64,000 nt of DNA from an uncultured Collinsella sp. Lineage in GTDB: Bacteria; Actinomycetota; Coriobacteriia; Coriobacteriales; Coriobacteriaceae. The notes under the pieces were generated by a model. The model saw only the letters and a program-made list of their open reading frames with translations. It made no database searches and was not told where the DNA came from. The stretch covers positions 2,492-66,491 of the forward strand of contig UQIY01000004.1 of the NCBI GenBank assembly GCA_900541195.1. The letters are read 5' to 3'. This document shows, in pieces, positions 63,863 to 64,000 of this stretch. The stretch's first letter is position 1. The number at the start of each line of letters is the position of its first letter. Made by a program: the position numbers and the translations under genes.

Positions 63863-64000
63863 ATGCATATCTACTCTGTTTTGGATCCCGAGTTCAAACC
63901 CTATGGTCGCGTGTGGGACGACGTCCCGTCCAGCCTGACCACCCCGCTCATGGAGGCGCTCTCCGCCACACCCGTCCCCGAGGGCAGCAAGTACGTGGCC
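63863..64000 (+). CDS. Partial ORF (N-terminus), possibly DUF4867-like
   Basis: ATG 63863 with AGGAG upstream. My own translation is MHIYSVLDPEFKPYGRVWDDVPSSLTTPLMEALSATPVPEGSKYVA, open to the window end. The family call is from memory only. Confidence 0.4.
   Translation, partial: MHIYSVLDPEFKPYGRVWDDVPSSLTTPLMEALSATPVPEGSKYVA

Overview
This is a high-GC (about 60% by eye) Gram-positive actinobacterial chromosome segment. Its gene content suggests a gut Coriobacteriia-type organism, but that is inference only. Most genes are on the + strand.

In order, the window holds:
- coaX (partial), a PP2C-like gene and an initiator tRNA-fMet;
- a six-unit array of 80-bp tandem repeats built from alternating inverted 15-mers;
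- an OYE/FadH-type flavin oxidoreductase;
- an accessory-looking block (about 4.8-21.1 kb). It contains a 23-bp x4 tandem repeat and a four-gene operon of three signal-anchored proteins plus a 3,542-aa secreted GLUG-repeat giant. It also contains a Schlafen/AlbA_2-HATPase_c_4 gene bracketed by near-identical repeat arrays, an AT-rich stretch and an orphan IS3-type OrfA;
- an Ech-type group 4 [NiFe] hydrogenase operon with a fused EchA-EchB subunit;
- two MITE-like copies in opposite orientation;
- a NarL-type two-component system with an ABC-2 exporter, then a MacB/FtsX-type ABC pair;
- housekeeping and envelope genes: DUF362 Fe-S protein, hydrolase, hemolysin III, CNNM/CorC, YtxH, PRC-barrel protein and a NodB deacetylase;
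- a Mg-related pair: an MgtE_N/CBS membrane protein and an NRAMP-related NRMT-type transporter, possibly behind an M-box;
- an OatA-like acyltransferase, ribokinase and a nucleoside hydrolase;
- a lower-GC licT/PTS/phospho-beta-glucosidase operon with RAT/terminator leader;
- a LacI-regulated isomerase / split transketolase / FGGY kinase operon;
- luxS and a partial ORF at the window end.

The best candidates for something undescribed are:
1. the operon of three anchored proteins plus the giant exoprotein (5148-18661);
2. the repeat-bracketed Schlafen-like gene (18738-20433);
3. the BIME-like hairpin array (2086-2541).

All functional calls come from motif recognition by eye. No searches were run.
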